Source: Deltaproteobacteria bacterium (GTDB taxonomy: Bacteria > Desulfobacterota > Desulfobacteria > Desulfobacterales > C00003060). Taken from it: a DNA stretch of 64,000 nucleotides. The stretch covers positions 2,027-66,026 of the forward strand of contig JAFGFW010000170.1 in assembly GCA_016930875.1 (NCBI GenBank). The letters are read 5' to 3'. The notes beneath the pieces are model-generated. The model saw only the letters and a program-made list of their open reading frames with translations, made no database searches and was not told the DNA's origin. A program made the position numbers and the translations under genes. Each line of letters begins with the position of its first letter. The first letter of the stretch is position 1. This document shows positions 54,407 through 63,418 of this stretch, in pieces.

Positions 54407-54557
54407 GGAATTGAAGAATTTAGAATTGAGGAATCCAGGAACTTGCCTCGCCGGCAGGCGGGTTGGCGGAAATTCATGTAATCCCTCAATCCCCTAATCC
54501 CTCAATCGCTTAATCCTTCAATTCGTTAATTCCTCAATCCCTGAATCCCTAAATTAG
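54407..54557. repeat. inverted arrays of degenerate octamers (left GGAATTGA AGAATTTA GAATTGAG GAATCCAG; right ~10 x TYAATCCC) around a GC-rich core
   Basis: The right array at 54479-54557 parses as TAATCCC TCAATCCC CTAATCCC TCAATCGC TTAATCCT TCAATTCG TTAATTCC TCAATCCC TGAATCCC TAAATTAG. The left array is its reverse-complement type. Confidence 0.8.
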
Positions 54558-54566
54558 ATCCTATAC

Positions 54567-55286
54567 TCATAAACCGAGTTTGGCAAGGCGTTCGCTTATC
54601 GCGGCGGCTTTTTCGGACGGCACGTACGGGAGGATTTGCCCCACATTTTCTCCTTTCATTTTGGAAAGCACAGCAATAATGATTTCCATCTCAAGCTTTT
54701 CTATAAGGGCGGCAGCTTTTTTCGGAGGCATTGTCGTATATATCTTGATCAGGTGCTTGATCCTTTTGTCTTGAAGGATCTTCTTTTCGTCGAGTTTGCT
54801 CTGTATGGCATCCTGTATTTTCGTTAATTTGACAAACTTTTCATCGAGTTCCTGTTTCAGCGCTTCTATCCGTTTCCGTTCCTCTTTGAGCCGTTCTCCT
54901 TCTTTCTCCAGTTGAGCGCGTTTCTGTTCAAGGGTTTCCGGAGTTATTACGGTCTTTGCCGCACCCGCCTTGAAGTACTTGTCAATATCTTGATTGATCC
55001 CTTTCAAGTGGGCTTCAAGCGAGGCGATCTCCTTCTGGAGCTCGGTCAGGTCTGGCACATCAGGAGGCGCTTGGCTCGCTGTGTCTGGCGGTGGCCCTGA
55101 TGTCCGATTCTCTGTGCGGCTTGCCTTATCATCCTTTGCCAACGCTGCAGCACTTTCCCAAATAGGCGCTGAAAGAGTGGGGTTTTTTGTGCATACAAAT
55201 ATGGTGGTCAAGCCTAACTTGACAATAAGAAAGCACAACAGTGTTATCAATGCATAAGATCTTATGGGTGAGCGTTTACTGCTCAT
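54567..55286 (-). CDS. YlxF/MotE-like flagellar protein (TM, coiled coil, MgtE-N-like C-terminus)
   Basis: 239 aa. C-terminal IYTTMPPKKAAALIEKLEMEIIIAVLSKMKGENVGQIL. Lies between fliJ and fliK, as ylxF does in Bacillus-type fla operons. Confidence 0.6.
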   Translation of the reverse strand: MSSKRSPIRSYALITLLCFLIVKLGLTTIFVCTKNPTLSAPIWESAAALAKDDKASRTENRTSGPPPDTASQAPPDVPDLTELQKEIASLEAHLKGINQDIDKYFKAGAAKTVITPETLEQKRAQLEKEGERLKEERKRIEALKQELDEKFVKLTKIQDAIQSKLDEKKILQDKRIKHLIKIYTTMPPKKAAALIEKLEMEIIIAVLSKMKGENVGQILPYVPSEKAAAISERLAKLGL

Positions 55287-55301
55287 ACTATTTGCCTTCC
55301 C

Positions 55302-55748
55302 TTAAAACTCACACGAGCCTCGCCTCAGGCTGACAAGTTCATCTGCCGCCTTTTGTTCTGCCCGGTTAATCCTTTGCAGATGCTTTGTGTATTCGCTTTG
55401 CCTTACCCACTCCAGAGTCTCTTTCTTGATCCGTTCGGCTTCAGCAGCCTGGTGCTTTTCTTTAACTGTTCTGCCGATCCCGACCAAACGTTCGTTTTCG
55501 GATTCAATCCTATCGCTCAATCCTTGCAAATAGTCAGTATAGATTCGATATCGACTCGCCTTCATCCCTTCTGCCTGTCGAGAGTCAAGCTCAGTTGCGG
55601 CATCCTTTTTGCTCTGCTGCATTTCCTGGATTCTTTTCTTGGTCTCAAAAAGGTCCTGTTTTGCCCTGGCCAGCTCTATCAGGGCGAGCCGTTCAAGGTA
55701 TTGTCTATATCGAATGACAGGTTCAAGCTTGAATTTAAACCGCTTCAT
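55302..55748 (-). CDS. fliJ: flagellar export chaperone/stalk protein FliJ
   Basis: Coiled-coil protein MKRFKFKLEPVIRYRQYLE.. immediately after fliI. The track start is 55763. Confidence 0.8.
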   Translation of the reverse strand: MKRFKFKLEPVIRYRQYLERLALIELARAKQDLFETKKRIQEMQQSKKDAATELDSRQAEGMKASRYRIYTDYLQGLSDRIESENERLVGIGRTVKEKHQAAEAERIKKETLEWVRQSEYTKHLQRINRAEQKAADELVSLRRGSCEF

Positions 55749-57060
55749 GATCGACGTCTTCAAACAACTTCTTCAACCTCCTGATTCCGACTTCAAATGA
55801 TACCTTTTCAGTAATGTCTTGCCTCAGAAATGCATTAATCCTTTCAATCATCTTTTTGGCATAATCTATCTTTGGGTCACTGCCATCCACATAGGCGCCG
55901 ATCGATATGAGATCTTCGACATCACGATACGTGGCCATGATCTCCGTGACCTTCCGGAAAAGTTTCATATGTTGTGGATCAACAATCTCCCTCATGACCC
56001 TGCTGACACTGGCAAGGACGTCTATGGCTGGGTAATAACCTCTATTTGCCAGATTCCTTGAAAGCACGATATGGCCGTCCACAACCGAGCGGACTGCATC
56101 TCCCACCGGATCATTCATATCATCGCCTTCCACCAGAACGGTATATATGCCCGTTATGGCTCCCTTGCCCTCAATGCTTCCCGCGCGTTCAAGAAGCTTG
56201 GGGAGCTGGGCAAAAAAAGATGGGGTATAACCTCTTACTGTGGGGGGTTCTCCAACAGCCAGGCCAATATCGCGTGAAGACATTGCAAATCTTGTAATGG
56301 AGTCCATGACCAAAAGCACGTCCATGCTCCGATCCCTGAAGTATTCCGCAAGGGTGGTCGCCATGTGCGCCCCACGCATTCTAATCAATGGAGACATATC
56401 AGAAGTTACCGCCACAACAATAGATTTCCGCAGCCCTTCCTGGCCGAGAGTCTGTTCAACAAAGTCCTTTACTTCCCGCCCCCGTTCTCCAATCATGGCA
56501 ACAACGCTAACGTCGGCCTTGGTATGTCGCGCCATCATCCCCATGAGAACACTTTTGCCGACACCTGAGCCCGACATTATTGCCACCCGCTGCCCCTTGC
56601 CAATCGTTATCAGAGTATTGAGCGCGCCAATGCCCACATCGGCCACTTCGGCTATACAACGCCGGTTCATAGGATTAATCACCTGGCCGTACAGGGGATA
56701 GTGAATCGTCGAAGGAATCGGGCCACGTCCATCAATAGGTTCACCAAAACCGTTCACCACTCTTCCCAAATAAGCATCCCCCACCGGGACGTATGGCCGC
56801 TCATGCACAAGGACGATCTTGCATCCCGGGCTGATCCCCCTCATTTCTCCGTACGGCATCAACATTATTCTACGATCCTTAAAGCCGACCACTTCGCCCA
56901 GAACATCTTCCCCTTCCGCATTCCGAATACTGCAAGTACACCCCACACCCATGCCCGGACCGTGGCCTTCTGCAATAAGTCCGGTTACTTTAACAACCCT
57001 GCCTTCGGCCGTTATGCACCGGCTGGAATTTACGGCATCTACATATTGGTTCCAGTTCAC
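55735..57060 (-). CDS. fliI: flagellum-specific ATPase FliI
   Basis: Walker A GSGVGKSVLMGMM, Walker B VLLVMDSITR. 441 aa. Confidence 0.95.
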   Translation of the reverse strand: MNWNQYVDAVNSSRCITAEGRVVKVTGLIAEGHGPGMGVGCTCSIRNAEGEDVLGEVVGFKDRRIMLMPYGEMRGISPGCKIVLVHERPYVPVGDAYLGRVVNGFGEPIDGRGPIPSTIHYPLYGQVINPMNRRCIAEVADVGIGALNTLITIGKGQRVAIMSGSGVGKSVLMGMMARHTKADVSVVAMIGERGREVKDFVEQTLGQEGLRKSIVVAVTSDMSPLIRMRGAHMATTLAEYFRDRSMDVLLVMDSITRFAMSSRDIGLAVGEPPTVRGYTPSFFAQLPKLLERAGSIEGKGAITGIYTVLVEGDDMNDPVGDAVRSVVDGHIVLSRNLANRGYYPAIDVLASVSRVMREIVDPQHMKLFRKVTEIMATYRDVEDLISIGAYVDGSDPKIDYAKKMIERINAFLRQDITEKVSFEVGIRRLKKLFEDVDHEAV

Positions 57061-57857
57061 GACTGACGATTCACCATTTGTGCGTTCTCTTCTTCAAAGG
57101 TCTGCATGACTGCCGCTGTAATCTTCTCCAACTGGCTCTCCAGCCGGGCGTCAACATGGCCAAAGGCTGTTTCCATAGCACAACCACCCGGACTGATGGA
57201 GGGATCAGGTTCCATTGTTATGGATTTCAAGTCGGTTATGCGATCAAAAAACTCCGGTCTCAGCTCTTTTACATATTCGATGTCTTCGGGGCTGACCTTG
57301 ACCGTCACCTCTGATCGATCTGCCACAAGGTTTAAGGCCTCAAAAATGGTTTCACGAATAATGCCACGGTCTATCTCGACTCTTCCGCGGACGATCTTTT
57401 CGGCAATGCGGCAAACCAGATCCAATGTCTCTTTCTCGTGAAGTTTGATGAACTCCTGCTTGTAGGCAACTATCTCCTGCAAGGCCTGATGGATCCGTTC
57501 CAAGACCTTCTCGAGTTTCTTGGTTCCCATCTCCTGGCCGTCTTTCTCGCCCTGGGCAAACCCTTTTTCATAGGAATCCCGTTCAATCGAGCTTGCCTTA
57601 TTCTTGGCTTCAGCCACAACCTCCTCCGCTCTTGCCGCAGCTTTGCCTGCAACCTCTTTGGCGCTTTCTCTACCACCTGAGGACATATACTGAAACACAT
57701 CAACTTCGCCGTTATCACTGTCGCAGAAGGCTTCAAAAACGCAACTATCAGTTTTGGAGGCCGAAGAAGAACCCGGGCCATCAAAACACTCCATTTGATA
57801 TGCCACCCAAGCTTCGCCGTGTAACCCTGTTCCCCCTGTGTTACTAGACAAGGACAT
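57057..57857 (-). CDS. fliH: flagellar export protein FliH
   Basis: Lies between fliG and fliI. Coiled-coil centre and FliH-type C-terminal domain (..GGCAMETAFGHVDARLESQLEKI). The track start is 57911. Confidence 0.8.
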   Translation of the reverse strand: MSLSSNTGGTGLHGEAWVAYQMECFDGPGSSSASKTDSCVFEAFCDSDNGEVDVFQYMSSGGRESAKEVAGKAAARAEEVVAEAKNKASSIERDSYEKGFAQGEKDGQEMGTKKLEKVLERIHQALQEIVAYKQEFIKLHEKETLDLVCRIAEKIVRGRVEIDRGIIRETIFEALNLVADRSEVTVKVSPEDIEYVKELRPEFFDRITDLKSITMEPDPSISPGGCAMETAFGHVDARLESQLEKITAAVMQTFEEENAQMVNRQS

Positions 57858-58866
57858 CTTCTTTCCCTTTCGCGAGAACCACCTTCCCCTCAGCTTCAAG
57901 TTCCCTGGCAACCCGGATTATATTCTGTTGGGCCCTTTCAACTTCGCTCAGTTTCACGGGTCCCATAACCTCCATATCCTCACGAAGCATCTCTCCTGCC
58001 CTTGACGACAGATTGCCAAAGATCTTCTCCCTCATTTCTTCTGAGGCAGTCTTCAGCGCTATGCTTAGTTGCTGACTCTCCACCTGCTTTAAGATCTCAC
58101 GCATGCCGCGATCATCTACCTTAAGCAGATCTTCAAAGATAAACATCAGTTGCCTGACTTCATCGGCGATTTCCGCTCTCTCTTCTTCAATTGCACTCAG
58201 CACGTTTTCTTCGGTCTCTCTGTCGACTTCATTCAGCATATCGGCAAGGGCGCCAACCCCGCCGACTTTCTTCCCACCCCCTGCGTCGCCTCGGCTCAGA
58301 AGCTCCTTTCTGAGCGCGTTGTCTACTTCCTTGATGACTTCCTTAGGCACGCGATTGATTTCCGCGATTCGCATTGCCAACTTACCCTGCGTCTCGCTTG
58401 GCAATCCATTCAAAATTTCGGCAGCCCTCCCCGAACTCAGATGAACCAGTATCAAGGCAATGGTCTGAGGATGTTCCCCTTTAATGAGGTTTATAAGGTC
58501 CTTGGTATCCATCGCCTCAAGATAATTAAAGGGGGCGTTCTTTTTGCCTCTTTCGATTTCCTTGTAAATGGTGTCGGCCTTCTCCTTGTCCAAGCCAAGA
58601 TCCATAAGAGCCTTTAAAAAGGCATCTCCTTTGATTACTAATTGATTGGTTTCAATATTTTCTGCAAACTCTGTTAGAACGTTTCTCATGACATCAGGAG
58701 GGACGTATTCGATAACCGACATATGGGAGGCAAGCGTGCCAACCTCTTCCTCATCCATCTTCTTTAGCATTTCTGAGGTAAACTCTTCTCCCATGATCAT
58801 AAGAAAGACTGCTGCCTTCTGTGGCCCCGTCAATTTTCGAGCATCTAAGGCATTACTCTGTGCCAT
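57844..58866 (-). CDS. fliG: flagellar motor switch protein FliG
   Basis: GPQKAAVFLMIMGEEF, MFIFEDL, and C-terminal torque helix region. The ATG at 58866 overlaps the fliF stop (TGATG). The track start is 58887. Confidence 0.95.
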   Translation of the reverse strand: MAQSNALDARKLTGPQKAAVFLMIMGEEFTSEMLKKMDEEEVGTLASHMSVIEYVPPDVMRNVLTEFAENIETNQLVIKGDAFLKALMDLGLDKEKADTIYKEIERGKKNAPFNYLEAMDTKDLINLIKGEHPQTIALILVHLSSGRAAEILNGLPSETQGKLAMRIAEINRVPKEVIKEVDNALRKELLSRGDAGGGKKVGGVGALADMLNEVDRETEENVLSAIEEERAEIADEVRQLMFIFEDLLKVDDRGMREILKQVESQQLSIALKTASEEMREKIFGNLSSRAGEMLREDMEVMGPVKLSEVERAQQNIIRVARELEAEGKVVLAKGKEDVLV

Positions 58867-60467
58867 CACTTTTCCTCGTGCAACCAACCCCTGAGCAATT
58901 GTTCGGTTCTTTCTGCATTGTCTCGTGCCAGCCTCATTATCCGCTCCCGTATGCTTTTATCCTTGGGTTCAGGCAACGCAGCCGATTCGGATTGCCCCTC
59001 CGGCAAGGCAGTTGTTCCTGATTCCCCTTCCAAAGCAGGCAACCGTTTTGCGCTTTCACCAATCGTGCCGATTTCTTTGACTGATCTCAGGAGCGGTCGA
59101 ACCACAAACAGAAAAACCAGGATGACCAGCACCAAATTAAGCGCTGTCTTGGAGTACTGACGCGCCAGGCCCAACCAGTCTATCCCTGGCCTTTCAAAGA
59201 TCCCGCTTATGTCAGATGAAAGTGAAAGTGGGAAAGAACTTACATAGACCTGGTCGCCGCGGTCCTCATCAAAGCCCATAGCTCTTTTTACGATCTTTTC
59301 AAGCTCCTGCAGTTCTTCTTTGCTTCTTGGCACGTATTTTTTTGTTTCTGACCCATCTTCGGCCGTAGCTACTTCATAGTTTCCATCCACGGCTGCTGCT
59401 GCCGAAAGTCTCTCAACTCCCCCAGAAGGCTTTGTGACATGTCGCGTGACTCTGTTTATCTCGTAGTTGACGACTTCATCGTCTTTCTGAGATCGCGTCC
59501 TTGCGTCAGTCCCCTGAACAGGGATAGTGCCCTGATTGGTAGTCTCAAGACGAGCTGCCGATCCCTTTGCCCTGTCTTTTTCAGACAACTCAGATTTGCG
59601 CTGTCTGCTCCTGATCACACTGCTGTCGGGGTCATACTTCTCTTCACTAAAATCGATCTGATCAAGGTCTATGTCAGCGCTGACACGCACTATTGCCTTG
59701 CCTTTGCCCACAATACCTTCCAATATACTCTGAATACGCCCTCCGATCCGCGCCTCTATCTGACGTTGATAATCGAGCCTATTGCTGGTCAAAAGAGCCG
59801 ACTGATCGGCCTGATTCGGCCCCTTGAACAACACCTTGCCGGAGGAATCAACGATCGTAACCTGCTCGGGCACAAGCCCCTCCACAGCGCTTGCCACAAG
59901 ATGAACAATCCCTGCGACCTTATCAGGAGCAAGCGGAGACCCGAGCTTCAGCAGCACAGAGGCCGATGGGGGCTTGCTGTCTTCGACAAACAGAGAGTCT
60001 TCAGGCATGACCAACAGGACGCGGCAATGTTCAACCTCTCGGAAATCGTTAATAGTTCTCACTAGTTCGCCTTGAAGCGCCCTTTGATAGTTGAGCCTCT
60101 GGACAAATTCGGTGGTGCTGAAATTCGTCTGATCAAAAATCTCAAAGCCTACATGACCTCCTACGGGCAACCCGTCATTGGCCAGGGTCAGTCGCAATTC
60201 ATAGACCTTGTCGGCTGGGACCAAGACCGTGGCGCCTCCACCGCCAAGCTTGTATGAAATCCTCTGTTCCCTTAGCTTGGATACGATCTTGCCTGCGTCC
60301 TCCTGGGAAAGATTACCGTATAGAAGTTGATAATCAACCTGATTGGCCCAGAAAAACATCATGGCAAAGCCGGTCACCACAAACGCCAGCACAATTGCCA
60401 TGGTAACCTTCTTAGGAGTGGGCATGGCCTTGAAAACGGCAATAAACTGTTCGATAAGCGCTCTCAT
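58866..60467 (-). CDS. fliF: flagellar MS-ring protein FliF
   Basis: 533 aa, N- and C-terminal TM segments, YscJ/FliF-type periplasmic domains. Confidence 0.9.
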   Translation of the reverse strand: MRALIEQFIAVFKAMPTPKKVTMAIVLAFVVTGFAMMFFWANQVDYQLLYGNLSQEDAGKIVSKLREQRISYKLGGGGATVLVPADKVYELRLTLANDGLPVGGHVGFEIFDQTNFSTTEFVQRLNYQRALQGELVRTINDFREVEHCRVLLVMPEDSLFVEDSKPPSASVLLKLGSPLAPDKVAGIVHLVASAVEGLVPEQVTIVDSSGKVLFKGPNQADQSALLTSNRLDYQRQIEARIGGRIQSILEGIVGKGKAIVRVSADIDLDQIDFSEEKYDPDSSVIRSRQRKSELSEKDRAKGSAARLETTNQGTIPVQGTDARTRSQKDDEVVNYEINRVTRHVTKPSGGVERLSAAAAVDGNYEVATAEDGSETKKYVPRSKEELQELEKIVKRAMGFDEDRGDQVYVSSFPLSLSSDISGIFERPGIDWLGLARQYSKTALNLVLVILVFLFVVRPLLRSVKEIGTIGESAKRLPALEGESGTTALPEGQSESAALPEPKDKSIRERIMRLARDNAERTEQLLRGWLHEEK

Positions 60468-60506
60468 TCTTCCTCTCTGTTCATCATTTTAAATGCCTAG
60501 AGACGA

Positions 60507-60797
60507 CTAGAACTGCATTCTCATAACCTCCCTATAGGCATCCATGGCCTTGTTTCGAACCTGAAGGAGAAGTCTTAGGGAAATATCGGCCTTTTGAAGG
60601 GAAATCATAGTCTCATGGATACCCACCTGTCCTTTCGCGAGTTTCTCGATGGACCTGTCAGCCTCAATCTCCATGTCGTTCACGTCTTTGACAGCTTGTT
60701 TGATAAAAGCAGAAAACCCTCCGGATTTACCGCGAGCTTTTCCCCCTGCGCTAAAAGCATCAGGACGGATCTTGCTCTGAATTATTAAATCGCTCAT
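60507..60797 (-). CDS. fliE: flagellar hook-basal body protein FliE
   Basis: 96 aa. C-terminal MISLQKADISLRLLLQVRNKAMDAYREVMRMQF. Confidence 0.9.
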   Translation of the reverse strand: MSDLIIQSKIRPDAFSAGGKARGKSGGFSAFIKQAVKDVNDMEIEADRSIEKLAKGQVGIHETMISLQKADISLRLLLQVRNKAMDAYREVMRMQF

Positions 60798-60809
60798 CTA
60801 TTTCTCCCC

Positions 60810-60928
60810 TATGACTATTTATTAGTCACTGGTGAATGGTCATTGGCGCCTACTGACAGGTGCCTACTCCCTAATTCTTACTGCTTACTACCACTCCATG
60901 CATCCTGTATCCGGCATCGGGCATCATC
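60810..60928. repeat. 17-unit drifting heptamer spacer homologous to 26113-26231
   Basis: Parses as TATGACT ATTTATT AGTCACT GGTGAAT GGTCATT GGCGCCT ACTGACA GGTGCCT ACTCCCT AATTCTT ACTGCTT ACTACCA CTCCATG CATCCTG TATCCGG CATCGGG CATCATC. Confidence 0.8.
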
Positions 60929-60929
60929 A

Positions 60930-61361
60930 CTACTTCCCTATCTCAAGGGCCTTCAGCGCCATTCTCTTGGTTGCTGAGATTGCGGTTACATTTGCCTCAT
61001 AGGATCTCCTGGCAAGCATGATGTCTGTCGTTTCAGTAACCACATTAACGTTTGGAAAAGACACATAGCCCATTTCGTTCGCATCCGGATGACCAGGTCT
61101 ATACACCTGCCTGAAAGGCGTCATCTCTTCGACAATTTCACTCACGCCCACGCCACACAATGACTCAGACTGCGAATTCAGCGCTGACTCAAAATCCTCC
61201 ACAGGTTTTGCCTCCATAAGGGCAACTCTTCTCCTGTACGGGATACCTCCTGGGGTACGGGTCGTATTCACGTTAGCGAGATTCGTGGAAATGACATTCA
61301 TTGTTGTTCTCTGGGCTGTCAGACCTGTGCTACTAATGTGAAGCGCAGTCAGGAAATCCAT
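60930..61361 (-). CDS. flgC: flagellar proximal rod protein FlgC
   Basis: ISSTGLTAQRTTMNVISTNLANVNTTRTPGG; C-terminal MLARRSYEANV. Confidence 0.95.
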   Translation of the reverse strand: MDFLTALHISSTGLTAQRTTMNVISTNLANVNTTRTPGGIPYRRRVALMEAKPVEDFESALNSQSESLCGVGVSEIVEEMTPFRQVYRPGHPDANEMGYVSFPNVNVVTETTDIMLARRSYEANVTAISATKRMALKALEIGK

Positions 61362-61750
61362 TATCGTCCTCCTTCGGCTATGGTGTGTTTCAAGGCAGAA
61401 AACTTTCTCAAGAGAACCTCAATGCTCGTCTGGTACCGCAGATTGTTTTCCGCCAATTTTGACATCTCTCTGTCAATGTCAACCCAGGACTGCTCTGCAT
61501 GAGAGATTTCGTAGTTTCCTGCCCCCAATCCCGGGATTCCAAAATGACGGGGATGAGTTTGTGTAAGGCCAACTCTCCTTTTTTCAAGGGCATCCTTTAG
61601 GGCCTTGTCAAAATCAATCTCTCCGGCCTTGTAGCCCGCTGTATCCACATTGGCGACATTGCTGGCTATGAGACCGTGTCGCACCTTTCCTATCTCAAGA
61701 GATCGCTCAATAACCTGATATGTTTTTCCAAACAGAGACTTGATTGGCAT
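61361..61750 (-). CDS. flgB: flagellar proximal rod protein FlgB
   Basis: HGLIASNVANVDTAGYK; C-terminal NNLRYQTSIEVL. Confidence 0.9.
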   Translation of the reverse strand: MPIKSLFGKTYQVIERSLEIGKVRHGLIASNVANVDTAGYKAGEIDFDKALKDALEKRRVGLTQTHPRHFGIPGLGAGNYEISHAEQSWVDIDREMSKLAENNLRYQTSIEVLLRKFSALKHTIAEGGR

Positions 61751-61765
61751 AGTGTTTCCTTTAAT

Positions 61766-61838
61766 AAAATCGCTTCGCGATTTTATGCAGCGCGGCTTCG
61801 CCGCTTTAAGACGGAATAGCGCTTCGCGATTTTGTAAA
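61766..61838. repeat. REP-like element, 2.5 copies (AAAATCGC-TTC-GCGATTTT; GCGGC-TTC-GCCGC; truncated AGCGC-TTC-GCGAT)
   Basis: Palindromes read directly from the sequence. They lie between the flgB sigma-54 promoter and the flgB start. Confidence 0.8.
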
Positions 61839-61854
61839 GCAATTTGTATGCCCA
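61838..61854 (-). promoter_or_regulatory. sigma-54 promoter (minus strand CTGGGCAT-ACAAA-TTGCT) for flgB operon
   Basis: GG-N10-GC spacing is correct and the -24 reads GGGCAT. It starts 2-3 nt after the stop of the upstream activator gene. The -12 lies about 90 nt from the flgB ATG. Confidence 0.6.
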
Positions 61855-61855
61855 G

Positions 61856-63199
61856 TTAGAACGTTTCCATCTTTTGCCGGTATTCATTCAATTTGTTCCG
61901 TAACGTTCGTACACTAATGCCGAGGATGTCAGCAGCATGGGTCCTATTCCCTTCGGTCTGGTCAAGGGCACTAAAAATCATCTTTCTTTCCATCTCTCTA
62001 ATAGAGCCTGCCACTGGAAATGACGCTTCACCAGCTATCCTGGGTGGGTCGCCCAGAAACAGATCGTCCTTTTCAATAAGATCCCCTTCACACAAGAGCA
62101 CGGCCCGCTCTGTGGTATTCTCAAGCTCTCTGACGTTACCGGGCCACTCCATTTGGACAAGGGCCCTGGCGGCATCATTTGTCAAGCCCTTGACATTACG
62201 ACCGTTCATCCTGTTGTACTTGGTAGTAAAATAGTCAAGCAGCGGGGGGATATCTTCCTTTCTCTCACGCAGTGGTGGAATTTTCATTGGAATTACGTTC
62301 AAGCGATAATAGAGATCTGCCCGGAAGTTTTTTTCTTCTACGGCTGACTCAAGGTCCTGGTTCGTCGTTGCAATCACCCGAACATCGATGGGGATAGGAT
62401 TGTGCCCCCCCACCCGGTCAACTTCCGATTCCTGCAAAACCCGCAGCAGTTTCGCCTGGAGGTGGATATTCATCTCACTTATTTCATCAAGAAGTATAGT
62501 GCCGCCATGTGCCAATTCGAACTTTCCAAGCTTTCTGGTTATCGCCCCTGTAAATGATCCCTTCTCATGGCCAAAAAGTTCACTTTCCAGAAGTCCGTCC
62601 GGAAGGGCCGCGCAGTTAAGGGCAACAAAAGGCTTGTTCCGCCCACCGCTTTCATTGTGAATAAAGCGGGCCAAAAGCTCCTTTCCTGTGCCACTTTCGC
62701 CTTGGATAAAAATGGAAGCCTTGCTATCGGCTACTTTTTTTGCCAGGTCCAATAGACGAAGCAGTTGATAACTTCTCGTTATAATAATGGGTTCTGATGG
62801 TTTAGAATCGTGCTTTCCTGATAAAGGCGAACCATTCCCTGCAGCCGTCTTCACCACAGTCTCAATGAGTTTTGGCGAAAGTGGCTTTACCATGAAGTCA
62901 AAGGCGCCCAGCCTCATAGCTTCAACAGCCAACTCAACCGTCCCGTATCCAGAGATGAGAATGACCGGAACGTTATTTCTCTGTTCCTTAATCTTGGTCA
63001 GTAGCCCGATGCCGTCCATATTCGGCATCTTCAGGTCGCTGATGACAAGGTTGTAGTCCTTGGCGTTGAATTTTTCGAAGCCTCTGACACCATCGCTGAC
63101 GGCAGTCACGTCAAACCCCCAACCCCTCAAGCTGTCATGCAGGGCCATTCTCTCTTCATATTTGTCTTCAACCAGCAGTATGCTCTTCTTGCTATCCAT
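61856..63199 (-). CDS. sigma-54-dependent response regulator (FlrC/FleR/FlgR-type by position)
   Basis: REC (DLKMPNMDG), AAA+ GESGTGKE, GSFTGA loop, and C-terminal HTH RTHAADILGISVRTLRNKL. Located directly upstream of flgB. Confidence 0.85.
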   Translation of the reverse strand: MDSKKSILLVEDKYEERMALHDSLRGWGFDVTAVSDGVRGFEKFNAKDYNLVISDLKMPNMDGIGLLTKIKEQRNNVPVILISGYGTVELAVEAMRLGAFDFMVKPLSPKLIETVVKTAAGNGSPLSGKHDSKPSEPIIITRSYQLLRLLDLAKKVADSKASIFIQGESGTGKELLARFIHNESGGRNKPFVALNCAALPDGLLESELFGHEKGSFTGAITRKLGKFELAHGGTILLDEISEMNIHLQAKLLRVLQESEVDRVGGHNPIPIDVRVIATTNQDLESAVEEKNFRADLYYRLNVIPMKIPPLRERKEDIPPLLDYFTTKYNRMNGRNVKGLTNDAARALVQMEWPGNVRELENTTERAVLLCEGDLIEKDDLFLGDPPRIAGEASFPVAGSIREMERKMIFSALDQTEGNRTHAADILGISVRTLRNKLNEYRQKMETF

Positions 63200-63219
63200 A
63201 TAAGTCCTTACATGTGTAA

Positions 63220-63378
63220 CCGTTCACCGTTATCCGTTCACCGTTCATGGTTATCCGTTCACGGTTCATGGTTATCCGTTCAGGCTTGTCCGTTATCTGT
63301 TGTCCGTTATCTGTAGCGCCTTCATATACTTATACGGTTCAAATTTTCGTTGAACCCTGAACCCGTGAACGGTTACCT
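63220..63378. repeat. 14 tandem heptamers (CCGTTCA/CCGTTAT/TGGTTAT type) plus a short inverted array (TGAACCC TGAACCC GTGAACG GTTACCT)
   Basis: 63220-63317 parses in register. GGTTCAA (63336-42) pairs with TTGAACC (63350-56). The inverted units lie at 63351-63378. Confidence 0.8.
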
Positions 63379-63418
63379 TTTTACTGTACTGTGGATTTGA
63401 CAGCTTCTTGCGAAGTCA

